The position numbers were made by a program, and so were the translations under genes. From contig OZ176050.1 in the NCBI GenBank assembly GCA_964247055.1, positions 1,178,001 to 1,242,000 of the forward strand: DNA of 64,000 nt, written 5' to 3'. Source of the stretch: Paragordius varius (taxonomy: Eukaryota; Animalia; Nematomorpha). This document shows, piece after piece, positions 42,011-55,559 of this stretch; position 1 is the stretch's first letter; the number at the start of each line of letters is the position of its first letter. A model generated the notes under the pieces. The model searched no databases. It was not told the origin of the DNA and worked only from the letters and a program-made list of their open reading frames with translations.

Positions 42011-42360
42011 AAATATAGAGATAGTTTAGCAAACTCTTTCATATCCGATTTTTACAACGATACTTTAAAAATTATGGTATTAAACCAGTCGCATCAATAC
42101 TCACGTATAACTTTGTCCTTAAAAATCGGATATTGGTCACCGGTGAACGAAACTATTTTTTATACATTCTCTTAGTAAAACTACATCAAAATATAGAAAT
42201 AGTTTGACAAATTCTTTCATATCCGATTTTTACAACGATACTTTAAAAATTAATGTATAAAACTAGTCGCATCAATACTCAAGTTAACATTTGTCCTTAA
42301 AAATCGGATATTGGTCACGGGTGAACAAAATTATTTTTTATACATTCTCATAGTAAGACT

Positions 42361-42495
42361 ACATCAAAATATAGAAATAGTTTGACAAACTCTTTCATAT
42401 CCGATATTACAACGATAAAGCTAAACATTGTCCTTAAAAATCGGATATTGGTCACCGGTGAACAAAACTATTTTTTATACATTCTCATTAAGACT
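42361..42495 (+). repeat. 135-bp short monomer, first of 13 copies (near 42.4, 45.0, 46.6, 48.1, 49.3, 49.7, 54.1, 56.7, 58.2, 59.8, 61.0, 62.2, 62.5 kb)
   Basis: Same 40-bp deletion plus a further 2-bp loss (ctcattaag); the copies coincide with the 13 ORF-track hits. Confidence 0.93.
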
Positions 42496-42689
42496 ACATC
42501 AAAATATAGAGATAGTTTGACAAACTCTTTCATATCCGATTTTTACAGCGATACTTTAAAAATTAATGTATTAAACTAGTCGCATCAATACTCAAGTTAA
42601 ACTTTGTCCTTAAAAATCGGATATTGGTCACCGGTGAACAAAATTATTTTTTATACATTCTCTTAGTAAGACTACATCAAAATATAGAG

Positions 42690-43750
42690 ATAGTTTGACA
42701 AACTCTTTCATATCCGATTTTTACAACGATACTTTAAAAATTATGGTATTAAACCAGTCGCATCAATACTCACGTATAACTTTGTCCTTAAAAATCGGAT
42801 ATTGGTCACCGGTGAACAAAATTATTTTATATACATTCTCTTAGTAAAACTACATCAAAATACAGAGATAGTTTGACAAACTCTTTCATATCCGATTTTT
42901 ACAACGATACTTTAAAAATTAATGTATAAAACTAGTCGCATCAATACTCAAGCTAAACATTGTCCTTAAAAATCGGATATTGGTCACCGGTGAACAAAAC
43001 TATTTTTTATACATTCTCTTAGTAAGACTACATCATTATATAGAGATAGTTTGACAAACTCTTTCATATCCGATTTTTACAACGATATTTAAAAATTAAT
43101 GTATAAAACTAGTCGTATCAATACTCAAGTTATTTGTCCTTAAAAATCGGATATTGGTCACCGGTGAACAAAATTATTTTTTATACATTCTCTTAGTACG
43201 ACTACATCAAAATATAGAGATAGTTTGACAAACTCTTTCATATCCGATTTTTACAACGATACTTTAAAAATTATGGTATTAAACCAGTCGCATCAATACT
43301 CACGTATAACTTTGTCCTTAAAAATCGGATATTGGTCACCGGTGAACAAAATTATTTTATATACATTCTCTTAGTAAAACTACATCAAAATATAGAGATA
43401 GTTTGACAAACTCTTTCATATCCGATTTTTACAACGATACTTTAAAAATTAATGTATAAAACTAGTCGCATCAATACTCAAGCTAAACATTGTCCTTAAA
43501 AATCGGATATTGGTCACCGGTGAACTAAACTATTTTTTATACATTCTCTTAGTAAGACTACATCATTATATAGAGATAGTTTGACAAACTCTTTCATATC
43601 CGATTTTTACAACGATATTTAAAAATTAATGTATAAAACTAGTCGTATCAATACTCAAGTTATTTGTCCTTAAAAATCGGATATTGTTCCCCGGTGAACA
43701 AAATTATTTTTTATACATTCTCTTAGTAAAACTACATCAAAATATAGAAA
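42690..43750 (+). repeat. 3-monomer tandem duplication, period 530 bp (repeated at ~54.4-55.4 kb)
   Basis: cacgtataac at 42771 and 43301, each followed by catcattata and gttatttgtcc variants. Confidence 0.87.
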
Positions 43751-43869
43751 TAGTTTGACAAACTCTTTCATATCCGATTTTTACAACGATACTTTAAAAA
43801 TTAATGTATAAAACTAGTCGCATCAATACTCAAGTTATTTGTCCTTAAAAATTGGATATTGGTCCCCGG

Positions 43870-46800
43870 TGAACAAAATTATTTTTTATACATTCTCTTA
43901 GTAAAACTACATCAAAATATAGAAATAGTTAAACAAATTCTTTCATATCCGATTTTTACAACGATACTTTAAAAATTAATGTATAAAACTAGTCGCATCA
44001 ATACTCAAGTTAAATTTTGTCCTTAAAAATGGGATATTGGTCACCGGTGAACAAAACTATTTTTTATACATTCTCTTAGTAAGAACACATCAAAATATAG
44101 AGATAGTTTGACAAACTATTTCATATCCGATTTTTACAACGATACTTTAGAAATTAATGTATTAAACTAGTCGCATCAATACTCAAGTTAAACTTTGTCC
44201 TTAAAAATCGGATATTGGTCACCGGTGAACAAAACTATTTTTTATACATTCTCTTAGTAGGACTACATCAAAATATAGAGATAGTTTGGCAAACTCTTTC
44301 ATATCCGATTTTTACAACGATACTTTAAAAATTATGGTATTAAACCAGTCGCATCAATACTCAAGTTACACTTTGTCCTTAAAAATCGGATATTGGTCAC
44401 CGGTGAACAAAACTACTTATTATACATTCTCTTAGTAAGACTACATCAAAATATAGAGATAGTTTGACAAACTCTTTCATATCCGATTTTTACAACGATA
44501 CTTTAAAAATTAATGTATTAAACTAGTCGCATCAATACTCAAGTTAAACTTTGTCCTTAAAAATCGGATATTGGTCACCGGTGAACGAAACTATTTTTTA
44601 TACATTCTCTTAGTAGGACTACATCAAAATATAGAGATAGTTTGGCAAACTCTTTCATATCCGATTTTTACAACGATACTTTAAAAATTAATGTATTAAA
44701 CTAGTCGCATCAATACTCAAGTTAAACTTTGTCCTTAAAAATCGGATATTGGTCACCGGTGAACGAAACTATTTTTTATACATTCTCTTAGTAGGACTAC
44801 ATCAAAATATAGAGATAGTTTGGCAAACTCTTTCATATCCGATTTTTACAACGATACTTTAAAAATTAATGTATAAAACTAGTCGCATCAATACTCAAGT
44901 TAAACTTTGTCCTTAAAAATCGGATATTCGTCACCGGTGAACAAAATTATTTTTTATACATTCTCTTAGTAAGACTACATCAAAATAAGAAATAGTTTGA
45001 CAAACTCTTTCATATCCGATATTACAACGATAAAGCTAAACATTGTCCTTAAAAATCGGATATTGGTCACCGGTGAACAAAACTATTTTTTATACATTCT
45101 CATTAAGACTACATCAAAATATAGAGATAGTTTGACAAACTCTTTCATATCCGATTTTTACAGCGATACTTTAAAAATTAATGTATTAAACTAGTCGCAT
45201 CAATACTCAAGTTAAACTTTGTCCTTAAAAATCGGATATTGGTCACCGGTGAACAAAATTATTTTTTATACATTCTCTTAGTAAGACTACATCAAAATAT
45301 AGAGATAGTTTGACAAACTCTTTCTTATCCGATTTTTACAACGATACTTATAAAATTAATGTATAAAACTAGTCGCATCAATACTCAAGTTAAACTTTGT
45401 CCTTAAAAATCGGATATTGGTCACCGGTGAACAAAATTATTTTTTATACATTCTCTTAGTAAAACTACATCAAAATATAGAAATAGTTAAACAAATTCTT
45501 TCATATCCGATTTTTACAACGATACTTTAAAAATTAATGTATAAAACTAGTCGCATCAATACTCAAGTTAAATTTTGTCCTTAAAAATGGGATATTGGTC
45601 ACCGGTGAACAAAACTATTTTTTATACATTCTCTTAGTAAGACTACATCAAAATATAGAGATAGTTTGACAAACTATTTCATATCCGATTTTTACAACGA
45701 TACTTTAGAAATTAATGTATTAAACTAGTCGCATCAATACTCAAGTTAAACTTTGTCCTTAAAAATCGGATATTGGTCACCGGTGAACAAAACTATTTTT
45801 TATACATTCTCTTAGTAGGACTACATCAAAATATAGAGATAGTTTGGCAAACTCTTTCATATCCGATTTTTACAACGATACTTTAAAAATTATGGTATTA
45901 AACCAGTCGCATCAATACTCAAGTTACACTTTGTCCTTAAAAATCGGATATTGGTCACCGGTGAACAAAACTACTTATTATACATTCTCTTAGTAAGACT
46001 ACATCAAAATATAGAGATAGTTTGACAAACTCTTTCATATCCGATTTTTACAACGATACTTTAAAAATTAATGTATTAAACTAGTCGCATCAATACTCAA
46101 GTTAAACTTTGTCCTTAAAAATCGGATATTGGTCACCGGTGAACGAAACTATTTTTTATACATTCTCTTAGTAGGACTACATCAAAATATAGAGATAGTT
46201 TGGCAAACTCTTTCATATCCGATTTTTACAACGATACTTTAAAAATAAATGTATTAAACTAGTCGCATCAATACTCAAGTTAAACTTTGTCCTTAAAAAT
46301 CGGATATTGGTCACCGGTGAACGAAACTATTTTTTATACATTCTCTTAGTAGGACTACATCAAAATATAGAGATAGTTTGGCAAACTCTTTCATATCCGA
46401 TTTTTACAACGATACTTTAAAAATTAATGTATAAAACTAGTCGCATCAATACTCAAGTTAAACTTTGTCCTTAAAAATCGGATATTCGTCACCGGTGAAC
46501 AAAATTATTTTTTATACATTCTCTTAGTAAGACTACATCAAAATAAGAAATAGTTTGACAAACTCTTTCATATCCGATATTACAACGATAAAGCTAAACA
46601 TTGTCCTTAAAAATCGGATATTGGTCACCGGTGAACAAAACTATTTTTTATACATTCTCATTAAGACTACATCAAAATATAGAGATAGTTTGACAAACTC
46701 TTTCATATCCGATTTTTACAGCGATACTTTAAAAATTAATGTATTAAACTAGTCGCATCAATACTCAAGTTAAACTTTGTCCTTAAAAATCGGATATTGG

Positions 46801-46900
46801 TCACCGGTGAACAAAATTATTTTTTATACATTCTCTTAGTAAGACTACATCAAAATATAGAGATAGTTTGACAAACTCTTTCTTATCCGATTTTTACAAC
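43870..46900 (+). repeat. 9-monomer HOR (8 full-length + one 135-bp monomer), period 1,558 bp, ~2 copies
   Basis: aaacaaattc at 43931/45489; short monomers at 44997/46555; 135 + 8x178 - 1 = 1,558. Confidence 0.92.
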
Positions 46901-49900
46901 GATACTTTAAAAATTAATGTATAAAACTAGTCGTATCAATAAATCGCATCAATACTCAAGTTAAACTTTGTCCTTAAAAATCGGATATTGGTCACCGGTG
47001 AACAAAATCATTTTTTATACATTCTCTTAGTAGGACTACATCAAAATATAGAGATAGTTTGACAAACACTTTCATATCCGATTTTTACAACGATACTTTA
47101 AAAATTATGGTATTAAACCAGTCGCATCAATACTCAAGCTAAACATTGTCCTTAAAAATAGGATATTGGTCACCGGTGAACAAAATTATTTTTTATACAT
47201 TCTCTTAGTAAGACTACATCAAAATATAGAGATAGTTTGACAAACTCTTTCATATCCGATTTTTACAACGATACTTTATAAATTATGGTATTAAACCAGT
47301 CGCATCAATACTCAAGTTAAACTTTGTCCTTAAAAATCGGATATTGGTCACCGGTGAACAAAACTATTTTTTATACATTCTCTTAGTAAGACTACATCAA
47401 AATATAGAGATAGTTTGACAAACTCTTTCATATCCGATTTTTACAGCGATACTTTAAAAATTAATGTATTAAACTAGTCGCATCAATACATAAGTTAAAC
47501 TTTGTCCTTAAAAATCGGATATTGGTCACCGGTGAACAAAACTACTTATTATACATTCTCTTAGTAAGACTACAACAAAATATAGAGATAGTTTGACAAA
47601 CTCTTTCAAATCCGATTTTTACAACGATATTTAAAAATTAATGTATAAAACTAGTCGTATCAATAAATCGCATCAATACTCAAGTTAAACTTTGTCCTTA
47701 AAAATCGGATATTGGTCACCGGTGAACAAAATTGTTTTTTATACATTCTCTTAGTAGGACTACATCAAAATATAGAGATAGTTTGGCAAACTCTTTCATA
47801 TCCGATTTTTACAACGATACTTTAAAAATTAATGTATTAAACTAGTCGCATCAATACTCAAGTTAAACTTTGTCCTTAAAAATCGGATATTGGTCACCGG
47901 TGAACGAAACTATTTTTTATACATTCTCTTAGTAGGACTACATCAAAATATAGAGATAGTTTGGCAAACTCTTTCATATCCGATTTTTACAACGATACTT
48001 TAAAAATTAATGTATAAAACTAGTCGCATCAATACTCAAGTTAAACTTTGTCCTTAAAAATCGGATATTCGTCACCGGTGAACAAAATTATTTTTTATAC
48101 ATTCTCTTAGTAAGACTACATCAAAATAAGAAATAGTTTGACAAACTCTTTCATATCCGATATTACAACGATAAAGCTAAACATTGTCCTTAAAAATCGG
48201 ATATTGGTCACCGGTGAACAAAACTATTTTTTATACATTCTCATTAAGACTACATCAAAATATAGAGATAGTTTGACAAACTCTTTCATATCCGATTTTT
48301 ACAGCGATACTTTAAAAATTAATGTATTAAACTAGTCGCATCAATACTCAAGTTAAACTTTGTCCTTAAAAATCGGATATTGGTCACCGGTGAACAAAAT
48401 TATTTTTTATACATTCTCTTAGTAAGACTATATCAAAATATAGAGATAGTTTGACAAACTCTTTCTTATCCGATTTTTACAACGATACTTATAAAATTAA
48501 TGTATAAAACTAGTCGCATCAATACTCAAGTTAAACTTTGTCCTTAAAAATCGGATATTGGTCACCGGTGAACAAAATTATTTTTTATACATTCTCTTAG
48601 TAAAACTACATCAAAATATAGAAATAGTTAAACAAATTCTTTCATATCCGATTTTTACAACGATACTTTAAAAATTAATGTATTAAACTAGTCGCATCAA
48701 TACTCAAGTTAAATTTTGTCCTTAAAAATGGGATATTGGTCACCGGTGAACAAAACTATTTTTTATACATTCTCTTAGTAAGACTACATCAAAATATAGA
48801 GATAGAGTGACAAACTATTTCATATCCGATTTTTACAACGATACTTTAGAAATTAATGTATTAAACTAGTCGCATCAATACTCAAGTTAAACTTTGTCCT
48901 TAAAAATCGGATATTGGTCACCGGTGAACAAAACTATTTTTTATACATTCTCTTAGTAGGACTACATCAAAATATAGAGATAGTTTGGCAAACTCTTTCA
49001 TATCCGATTTTTACAACGATACTTTAAAAATTATGGTATTAAACCAGTCGCATCTATACTCAAGTTACACTTTGTCCTTAAAAATCGGATATTGGTCACC
49101 GGTGAACAAAACTACTTATTATACATTCTCTTAGTAAGACTACATCAAAATATAGAGATAGTTTGACAAACTCTTTCATATCCGATTTTTACAACGATAC
49201 TTTAAAAATTAATGTATTAAACTAGTCGCATCAATACTCAAGTTAAACTTTGTCCTTAAAAATCGGATATTGGTCACCGGTGAACGAAACTATTTTTTAT
49301 ACATTCTCTTAGTAGGACTACATCAAAATATAGAGATAGTTTGGCAAACTCTTTCATATCCGATATTACAACGATAAAGCTAAACATTGTCCTTAAAAAT
49401 CGGATATTGGTCACCGGTGAACAAAACTATTTTTTATACATTCTCATTAAGACTACATCAAAATATAGAGATAGTTTGACAAACTCTTTCATATCCGATT
49501 TTTACAGCGATACTTTAAAAATTAATGTATTAAACTAGTCGCATCAATACTCAAGTTAAACTTTGTCCTTAAAAATCGGATATTGGTCACCGGTGAACGA
49601 AACTATTTTTTATACATTCTCTTAGTAAGACTACATCAAAATAAGAAATAGTTTGACAAACTCTTTCATATCCGATATTACAACGATAAAGCTAAACATT
49701 GTCCTTAAAAATCGGATATTGGTCACCGGTGAACAAAACTATTTTTTATACATTCTCATTAAGACTACATCAAAATATAGAGATAGTTTGACAAACTCTT
49801 TCATATCCGATTTTTACAGCGATACTTTAAAAATTAATGTATTAAACTAGTCGCATCAATACTCAAGTTAAACTTTGTCCTTAAAAATCGGATATTGGTC

Positions 49901-52900
49901 ACCGGTGAACAAAATTATTTTTTATACATTCTCTTAGTAAGACTACATCAAAATATAGAGATAGTTTGACAAACTCTTTCTTATCCGATTTTTACAACGA
50001 TACTTATAAAATTAATGTATAAAACTAGTCGCATCAATACTCAAGTTAAACTTTGTCCTTAAAAATCGGATATTGGTCACCGGTGAACAAAATTATTTTT
50101 TATACATTCTCTTAGTAAGACTACATCAAAATATAGAGATAGTTTGACAAACACTTTCATATCCGATTTTTACAACGATACTTTAAAAATTATGGTATTA
50201 AACCAGTCGCATCAATACTCAAGCTAAACATTGTCCTTAAAAATAGGATATTGGTCACCGGTGAACAAAATTATTTTTTATACATTCTCTTAGTAAGACT
50301 AAACAAAATATAGAGATAGTTTGACAAACTCTTTCATATCCGATTTTTACAACGATACTTTATAAATTATGGTATTAAACCAGTCGCATCAATACTCAAG
50401 TTAAACTTTGTCCTTAAAAATCGGATATTGGTCACCGGTGAACAAAACTATTTTTTATACATTCTCTTAGTAAGACTACATCAAAATATAGAGATAGTTT
50501 GACAAACTCTTTCATATCCGATTTTTACAACGATACTTTAAAAATTAATGTATTAAACTGATCGCATCAATACTCAAGTTAAACTTTGTCCTTTAAAATC
50601 GGATATTGATCACTAGGTGAACAAAATTATTTTTTATACATTCTCTTAGTAAGACTACATCAAAATATAGAGATAGTTTGACAAACTCTTTCATATCCGA
50701 TTTTTACAGCGATACTTTAAAAATTAATGTATTAAACTAGTCGCATCAATACATAAGTTAAACTTTGTCCTTAAAAATCGGATATTGGTCACCGGTGAAC
50801 GAAACTATTTTTTATACATTCTCTTAGTAGGACTACATCAAAATATAGAGATAGTTTGGAAAACTCTTTAATATCCGATTTTTACAACGATACTTTAAAA
50901 ATTATGGTATTAAACCAGTCGCATCAATACTCAAGTTACACTTTGTCCTTAAAAATCGGATATTGGTCACCGGTGAACAAAACTACTTATTATACATTCT
51001 CTTAGTAAGACTACAACAAAATATAGAGATAGTTTGACAAACTCTTTCAAATCCGATTTTTACAACGATATTTAAAAATTAATGTATAAAACTAGTCGTA
51101 TCAATAAATCGCATCAATACTCAAGTTAAACTTTGTCCTTAAAAATCGGATATTGGTCACCGGTGAACAAAATTATTTTTTATACATTCTCTTTGTAAGA
51201 CTACATCAAAATATAGAAATAGTTTGACAAACTCTTTCATATCCGATTTTTACAACGATACTTTATAAATTATGGTATTAAACCAGTCGGATCAATACTC
51301 AAGTTAAACTTTGTCCTTAAAAATCGGATATTGGTCACCGGTGAACAAAACTATTTTTTATACATTCTCTTAGTAAGACTACATCAAAATATAGAGATAG
51401 TTTGACAAACTCTTTCATATCCGATTTTTACAACGATACTTTAAAAATTAATGTATTAAACTAGTCGCATCAATACTCAAGTTAAACTTTGTCCTTAAAA
51501 ATCAGATATTGGTCACCGGTGAACAAAATTATTTTTTATACATTCTCTTAGTAGGACTACATCAAAATATAGAGATAGTTTGGCAAACTCTTTCATATCC
51601 GATTTTTACAACGATACTTTAAAAATTATGGTATTAAACGAGTCGCATCAATACTCAAGTTAAACTTTGTCCTTAAAAATCGGATATTGGTCACCGGTGA
51701 ACAAAACTATTTTTTATACATTCTCTTAGTAAGACTACATCAAAATATAGAGATAGTTTGACAAACTCTTTCATATCCGATTTTTACAACGATACTTTAA
51801 AAATTAATGTATTAAACTAGTCGCAATACTCAAGTTAAACTTTGTCCTTAAAAATCGGATATTGGTCACCGGTGAACAAAATTATTTTTTATACATTCTC
51901 ATAGTAAGACTACATCAAAATATAGAGATAGTTTGACAAACTCTTTCATATCCGATTTTTACAACGATACTTTAAAAATTATGGTATTAAACCAGTCTAT
52001 CAATATTCAAGTATAACTTTGTCCTTAAAAATCGGATATTGGTCACCGGTGAACAAAATTATTTTATATACATTCTCTTAGTAAGACTACATCAAAATAT
52101 AGAGATAGTTTGACAAACTCTTTCATATCCAATTTTTACAACGATACTTTAAAAATTAATGTATAAAACTAGTCGCATCAATACTCAAGCTAAACATTGT
52201 CCTTAAAAATCGGATATTGGTCACCGGTGAACAAAACTATTTTTTATACATTCTCTTAGTAAGACTACATCATTATATAGAGATAGTTTGACAAACTCTT
52301 TCATATCCGATTTTTACAACGATATTTAAAAATTAATGTATAAAACTAGTCGTATCAATAAATAGCATCAATACTCAAGTTAAATTTTGTCCTTAAGAAT
52401 CGGATATTGGTCACCGATGAACAAAATTATTTTTTATACATTCTCTTAGTAGGACTACATCAAAATATAGAGATAGTTTGGCAAACTTTTTCATAATCGA
52501 TTTTTACAACGATACTTTAAAAATTAATGTATAAAACTAGTCGCATCAATACTCAAGTTAAATTTTGTCCTTAAAAATCGGATATTGGTCACCGGTGAAC
52601 AAAATTATTTTTTATAGATTCTCTTAGTAAAACTACATCAAAATATAGAAATAGTTTGACAAATTCTTTCATATCCGATTTTTACAACAATACTTTAAAA
52701 ATTAATGTATAAAACTAGTCGCATCAATACTCAAGTTAAATTTTGTCCTTAAAAATGGGATATTGGTCACCGGTGAACAAAACTATTTTTTATACATTCT
52801 CTTAGTAAGACTACATTAAAATATAGAGATAGTTTGACAAACTATTTCATATCCGATTTTTACAACGATACTTTAGAAATTAATGTATTAAACTAGTCGC

Positions 52901-55559
52901 ATCAATACTCAAGTTTAACTTTGTCCTTAAAAATCGGATATTGGTCACCGGTGAACAAAACTATTTTATATACATTCTCTTAGTAGGACTACATCAAAGA
53001 GATAGTTTGGCAAACTCTTTCATATCCGATTTTTACAGCGATACTTTAAAAATTAATGTATTAAACTAGTCGCATCAATACTCAAGTTAAACTTTGTCCT
53101 TAAAAATCGGATATTGGTCACCGGTGAACGAAACTATTTTTTATACATTCTCTTAGTAGGACTACATCAAAATATAGAGATAGTTTGGCAAACTCTTTCA
53201 TATCCGATTTTTACAGCGATACTTTAAAAATTAATTTATTAAACTAGTCGCATCAATACTCAAGTTAAACTTTGTCCTTAAAAATCGGATATTGGTCACC
53301 GGTGAACGAAACTATTTTTTATACATTCTCTTAGTAAAACTACATCAAAATATAGAAATAGTTTGACAAATTCTTTCATATCCGATTTTTACAACGATAC
53401 TTTAAAAATTAATGTATAAAACTAGTCGCATCAATACTCAAGTTAAATTTTGTCCTTAAAAATGGGATATTGGTCACCGGTGAACAAAACTATTTTTTAT
53501 ACATTCTCTTAGTAAGACTACATCAAAATATAGAGATAGTTTGACAAACTATTTCATATCCGATTTTTACAGCGATACTTTAAAAATTAATGTATTAAAC
53601 TAGTCGCATCAATACTCAAGTTAAACTTTGTCCTTAAAAATCGGATATTGGTCACCGGTGAACGAAACTATTTTGTATACATTCTCTTAGTAGGTCTACA
53701 TCAAAATATAGAGATAGTTTGGCAAACTCTTTCATATCCGATTTTTACAACGATACTTTAAAAATTATGGTATTAAACCAGTCGCATCAATACTCACGTA
53801 TAACTTTGTCCTTAAAAATCGGATATTGGTCACCGGTGAACGAAACTATTTTTTATACATTCTCTTAGTAAAACTACATCAAAATATAGAAATAGTTTGA
53901 CAAATTCTTTCATATCCGATTTTTACAACGATACTTTAAAAATTAATGTATAAAACTAGTCGGATCAATACTCAAGTTAACATTTGTCCTTAAAAATCGG
54001 ATATTGGTCACGGGTGAACAAAATTATTTTTTATACATTCTCATAGTAAGACTACATCAAAATATAGAAATAGTTTGACAAACTCTTTCATATCCGATAT
54101 TACAACGATAAAGCTAAACATTGTCCTTAAAAATCGGATATTGGTCACCGGTGAACAAAACTATTTTTTATACATTCTCATTAAGACTACATCAAAATAT
54201 AGAGATAGTTTGACAAACTCTTTCATATCCGATTTTTACAGCGATACTTTAAAAATTAATGTATTAAACTAGTCGCATCAATACTCAAGTTAAACTTTGT
54301 CCTTAAAAATCGGATATTGGTCACCGGTGAACAAAATTATTTTTTATACATTCTCTTAGTAAGACTACATCAAAATATAGAGATAGTTTGACAAACTCTT
54401 TCATATCCGATTTTTACAACGATACTTTAAAAATTATGGTATTAAACCAGTCGCATCAATACTCACGTATAACTTTGTCCTTAAAAATCGGATATTGGTC
54501 ACCGGTGAACAAAATTATTTTATATACATTCTCTTAGTAAAACTACATCAAAATACAGAGATAGTTTGACAAACTCTTTCATATCCGATTTTTACAACGA
54601 TACTTTAAAAATTAATGTATAAAACTAGTCGCATCAATACTCAAGCTAAACATTGTCCTTAAAAATCGGATATTGGTCACCGGTGAACAAAACTATTTTT
54701 TATACATTCTCTTAGTAAGACTACATCATTATATAGAGATAGTTTGACAAACTCTTTCATATCCGATTTTTACAACGATATTTAAAAATTAATGTATAAA
54801 ACTAGTCGTATCAATACTCAAGTTATTTGTCCTTAAAAATCGGATATTGGTCACCGGTGAACAAAATTATTTTTTATACATTCTCCTAGTACGACTACAT
54901 CAAAATATAGAGATAGTTTGACAAACTCTTTCATATCCGATTTTTACAACGATACTTTAAAATTATGGTATTAAACCAGTCGCATCAATACTCACGTATA
55001 ACTTTGTCCTTAAAAATCGGATATTGGTCACCGGTGAACAAAATTATTTTATATACATTCTCTTAGTAAAACTACATCAAAATATAGAGATAGTTTGACA
55101 AACTCTTTCATATCCGATTTTTACAACGATACTTTAAAAATTAATGTATAAAACTAGTCGCATCAATACTCAAGCTAAACATTGTCCTTAAAAATCGGAT
55201 ATTGGTCACCGGTGAACTAAACTATTTTTTATACATTCTCTTAGTAAGACTACATCATTATATAGAGATAGTTTGACAAACTCTTTCATATCCGATTTTT
55301 ACAACGATATTTAAAAATTAATGTATAAAACTAGTCGTATCAATACTCAAGTTATTTGTCCTTAAAAATCGGATATTGGTCCCCGGTGAACAAAATTATT
55401 TTTAATACATTCTCTTAGTAAAACTACATCAAAATATAGAAATAGTTTGACAAACTCTTTCATATCCGATTTTTACAACGATACTTTAAAAATTAATGTA
55501 TAAAACTAGTCGCATCAATACTCAAGTTATTTGTCCTTAAAAATTGGATATTGGTCCCC

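Noticed and set aside
44921-44945. CENP-B box in the attcgtcaccggtg variant
   Set aside because: TTCG is present, but the A and CGGG required by nTTCGnnnnAnnCGGGn are not.
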